A DNA stretch of 64,000 nucleotides from an uncultured Actinomycetes bacterium (lineage in GTDB: Bacteria; Actinomycetota; Thermoleophilia; Solirubrobacterales; 70-9). The stretch spans positions 113,188 through 177,187 of the forward strand of contig CAWGQQ010000002.1 in assembly GCA_963824865.1 (NCBI GenBank). The letters run 5' to 3'. The notes beneath the pieces were generated by a model. That model ran no database searches. It saw nothing but the letters and a program-made list of their open reading frames with translations, and had not been told where the DNA came from. Of the stretch, positions 62,040-64,000 are shown in pieces. Position 1 is the first letter of the stretch, and every line of letters begins with the position of its first letter. The translations under genes were made by a program, and so were the position numbers.

Positions 62040-62999
62040 GTGGGTGGAGAGCCGCGAACAGCAGACGGGCCTGCCGCGATCGCGCGCGAGGCGTCGAGCA
62101 CGGTGGGCAACACGCCGCTGGTCGCTCTGCGACGAATGGCCGAAGGGCTCGGGGCCGAGGTCGTCGCCAAGCTCGAGTACCTGAGCCCGGGCGGCTCGGT
62201 CAAGGACCGGATCGGAGTGGCGATGATCGACGCCGCGGAGCGCGAGGGGCGGATCGAGCCCGGGCGTTCGGTGATCGTCGAGTCGACCAGCGGCAACACC
62301 GGGATCGCGCTGGCGATGGTCTGCGCCGCCCGCGGCTACGAGCTGGTGCTGACGCTGCCCGAGGGGATGACCCGGGAGCGGACCGCGCTGCTCCGCACCT
62401 ACGGCGCCGAGGTCCACGAGACCCCGTCGCTGGGCGGCATGAACGAGGCGGTGGAGTTGGCGGAGCGGATCGCGAGCGACCGTGGCGCGTTCATGCCCCA
62501 GCAGTTCAACAACCCCGCCAACCCCGAGATCCATCGGCGCACCACCGCCGAGGAGATCTGGCGCGATCTCGACGGCGAGGTCGACGCGCTCGTCTGCGGC
62601 GTCGGCACCGGGGGCACGATCACCGGCGTCGGGCAGGTGCTCAAGGAGCGCCGCCCCTCGGTCCAGGTGGTCGCCGTGGAGCCCGCCACCTCGGCGGTGC
62701 TCGCGGGCGGGATTCCGGGACCGCACAAGATCCAGGGGATCGGCGCCGGCTTCGTACCCGAGGTGCTCGACCGCTCGGTGATCGACGAGGTGATCCCGGT
62801 GGACGACGAGACCGCGCTTCGGCGCGCGCGCGAGGCGGCCCAACGCGAGGGCCTGCTGGTCGGGATCTCGGCCGGCGCCGCGATCGACGCGGCGCTCGAG
62901 CTCGCCGCCCGGCCCGAGCTGTCCGGGAAGCGGGTCGTGGTAATCGTCCCCGACGGCGGCGAGCGCTACATGTCGCTGCCCTTCTTCGCCCCGGAATAA
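62040..62999 (+). CDS. cysK: cysteine synthase A (O-acetylserine sulfhydrylase)
   Basis: ..[45 protein letters not shown]... GTG 62040 gives the usual ~319 aa length. Confidence 0.93.
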   Translation: MGGEPRTADGPAAIAREASSTVGNTPLVALRRMAEGLGAEVVAKLEYLSPGGSVKDRIGVAMIDAAEREGRIEPGRSVIVESTSGNTGIALAMVCAARGYELVLTLPEGMTRERTALLRTYGAEVHETPSLGGMNEAVELAERIASDRGAFMPQQFNNPANPEIHRRTTAEEIWRDLDGEVDALVCGVGTGGTITGVGQVLKERRPSVQVVAVEPATSAVLAGGIPGPHKIQGIGAGFVPEVLDRSVIDEVIPVDDETALRRAREAAQREGLLVGISAGAAIDAALELAARPELSGKRVVVIVPDGGERYMSLPFFAPE

Positions 63000-63107
63000 A
63001 TAACTCCGCCGAAAGCCTCGCCTTCGGCGACGTTTCCGCCGGGCTAGGGCGCCGAGCCTGACCCGGCAGGTTCACACGCGAGCTACCGCGGACTCCGTCC
63101 CTAGCCC
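63000..63107 (-). repeat. structured intergenic repeat, copy D (inverted orientation)
   Basis: Plus strand reads ATAACTCCGCCGAAAGCCTCGCCTTCGGCGACGTTTCCGCCGGGCTAGGGCGCCGAGCCTGACCCGGCAGGTTCACACGCGAGCTACCGCGGACTCCGTCCCTAGCCC. Begins directly after the cysK TAA and ends 13 nt before the cysE GTG. Confidence 0.85.
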
Positions 63108-63120
63108 GTACGCTTTAGCC

Positions 63121-63855
63121 GTGTTCGGCCTCGGGACGTTGCAGCGCGTGGTCAAGGAGATCCGGGCGGATGTCGCCTCGGCGCGCGATCGCGACCCGGC
63201 GGCGCGGGGGGTCGGCACGGGCGAGATCCTCATGAACTGGGCCGGGGTGCAGGCGATCCTCGTGCACCGCGTCGCCCATGCCCTGCACGAGTCCGGGGTG
63301 CCGCTGGCGCCGATGGCGCTCTCCTACACAAGTCGGTCGGTGACGGGGGTCGAGATCCATCCGGCCGCCAGGATCGGCGCCGATTTCTTCATCGACCACG
63401 GGTCCGGGGTCGTGGTCGGCGAGACCGCGGAGATCGGGGACCGGGTGACGCTCTACCAGGGGGTCACGCTGGGCGGCACCGGCTTTGCGCGCGGCAAGCG
63501 CCACCCGACGGTCGAGGACGACGTCTCGATCGGCTCCGGCGCCAAGCTGCTGGGCCCGATCACGGTTGGCCATTGCGCCAAGGTCGGCGCCAACACGGTC
63601 GTGATCGAGGACGTGCCTCCCAACTCGACCGTGGTCGGCAATCCGGGTCACCCGGTTCGGGTCGAGGGTCGCCGGGTCGAGGGTCCCGACGCCGACTGGA
63701 TCCACCTGCCGGACCCGGTGGCCGACGCGATCAAGGGCCTCTCGGAGCGGATCGGCGAGCTGGAGCGGCGGATCGGCGAGCTCGACGGAAAGGCGGCCGA
63801 GGGCGAGGTGAGGGAGCTGAATCCCAAGCGCGGGCCCTCCACTGCGGGCGGCTGA
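63121..63855 (+). CDS. cysE: serine O-acetyltransferase
   Basis: ..RDPAA..ILVHRVAHAL.., hexapeptide repeats ..GVEIHPAARIGADFFIDHGSGVVVGETAEIGDRVTLYQGVTLGG..HPTVEDDVSIGSGAKLLG... Confidence 0.9.
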   Translation: MFGLGTLQRVVKEIRADVASARDRDPAARGVGTGEILMNWAGVQAILVHRVAHALHESGVPLAPMALSYTSRSVTGVEIHPAARIGADFFIDHGSGVVVGETAEIGDRVTLYQGVTLGGTGFARGKRHPTVEDDVSIGSGAKLLGPITVGHCAKVGANTVVIEDVPPNSTVVGNPGHPVRVEGRRVEGPDADWIHLPDPVADAIKGLSERIGELERRIGELDGKAAEGEVRELNPKRGPSTAGG

Positions 63856-63895
63856 CCTGCTCTGAGCGCGCCGCGTCCGTAGCTATGCTCGCCTT

Positions 63896-64000
63896 GTGGC
63901 CACCGAGACCGAGCTGAGGCCGACCGAGCCGGGCGCGAGCCAGGTCGAGCGCCTGCTCGCGGAGCTGAACCCGCCGCAGCGCGAGGCGGTCACGCACGGC
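63896..64000 (+). CDS. probable UvrD/PcrA-type helicase, first 35 codons only
   Basis: The GTG at 63896 opens VATETELRPTEPGASQVERLLAELNPPQREAVTHG, the usual L..LNP.QREAV.H N-terminus of UvrD/PcrA. Truncated by the window edge. Confidence 0.4.
   Translation, partial: MATETELRPTEPGASQVERLLAELNPPQREAVTHG

Noticed and set aside
1-64000. Search for tRNA, rRNA, tmRNA, CRISPR arrays, transposases, integrases, phage genes, toxin-antitoxin pairs or recognisable defence systems.
   Set aside because: None found by eye. There is no cloverleaf-like GTTCGAATC-type T-arm in the intergenic spacers, no repeat-spacer arrays, and no ORF with DDE, tyrosine- or serine-recombinase or nuclease-defence signatures.

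Overview
High-GC (~70% by eye) chromosomal window with no rRNA, tRNA, CRISPR array, transposase or integrase that I can see. The backbone has the conserved actinobacterial gene order: thrS / infC-rpmI-rplT-trmH-like-pheS-pheT-argC-argJ-argB-argD ... argG. Further on come dnaE, nfo, gltX, an Rrf2 regulator, cysK-cysE and the first codons of a uvrD/pcrA-like gene. A ~20 kb mosaic glycan/cell-envelope island (13.56-33.65 kb) sits between argD and argG. It encodes two tandem poly-Thr membrane proteins, three GT4 glycosyltransferases, a Wzx-type flippase and a Wzy/O-antigen-ligase-like protein. It also encodes a Wzz/BY-kinase, two sulfotransferases, two CE4 deacetylases, three FemAB/CelD-like GNAT proteins, an RTX-repeat lyase-like protein, a metallophosphoesterase and a sortase. 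A second envelope/signalling block spans 36-48 kb and 53-61 kb. It holds two paralogous polyprenyl-phosphate sugar transferases, an O-antigen-ligase-TPR protein, an epimerase and a mini LPXTG protein. Its signalling genes include HD-GYP and GAF-GGDEF-EAL c-di-GMP enzymes, a PP2C-kinase fusion plus STAS partner-switching pair, and four LuxR-HTH fusions (GAF, PAS, HDOD, REC). A ydaO-type c-di-AMP riboswitch precedes a coiled-coil Rpf-like transglycosylase. The most unusual non-coding signal is a ~105-108 nt structured intergenic repeat present four times (51.96, 52.49, 59.76 and 63.00 kb). Paired substitutions preserve its hairpins, and two direct copies bracket a Cys-rich orphan ORF between dnaE and nfo. 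Caveat: at least a dozen genes, including essential pheT, need one or more frameshifts to give full-length products. The sequence therefore probably carries indel errors, and pseudogene calls should be treated cautiously. All functional calls come from motif recognition by eye, with no database search.
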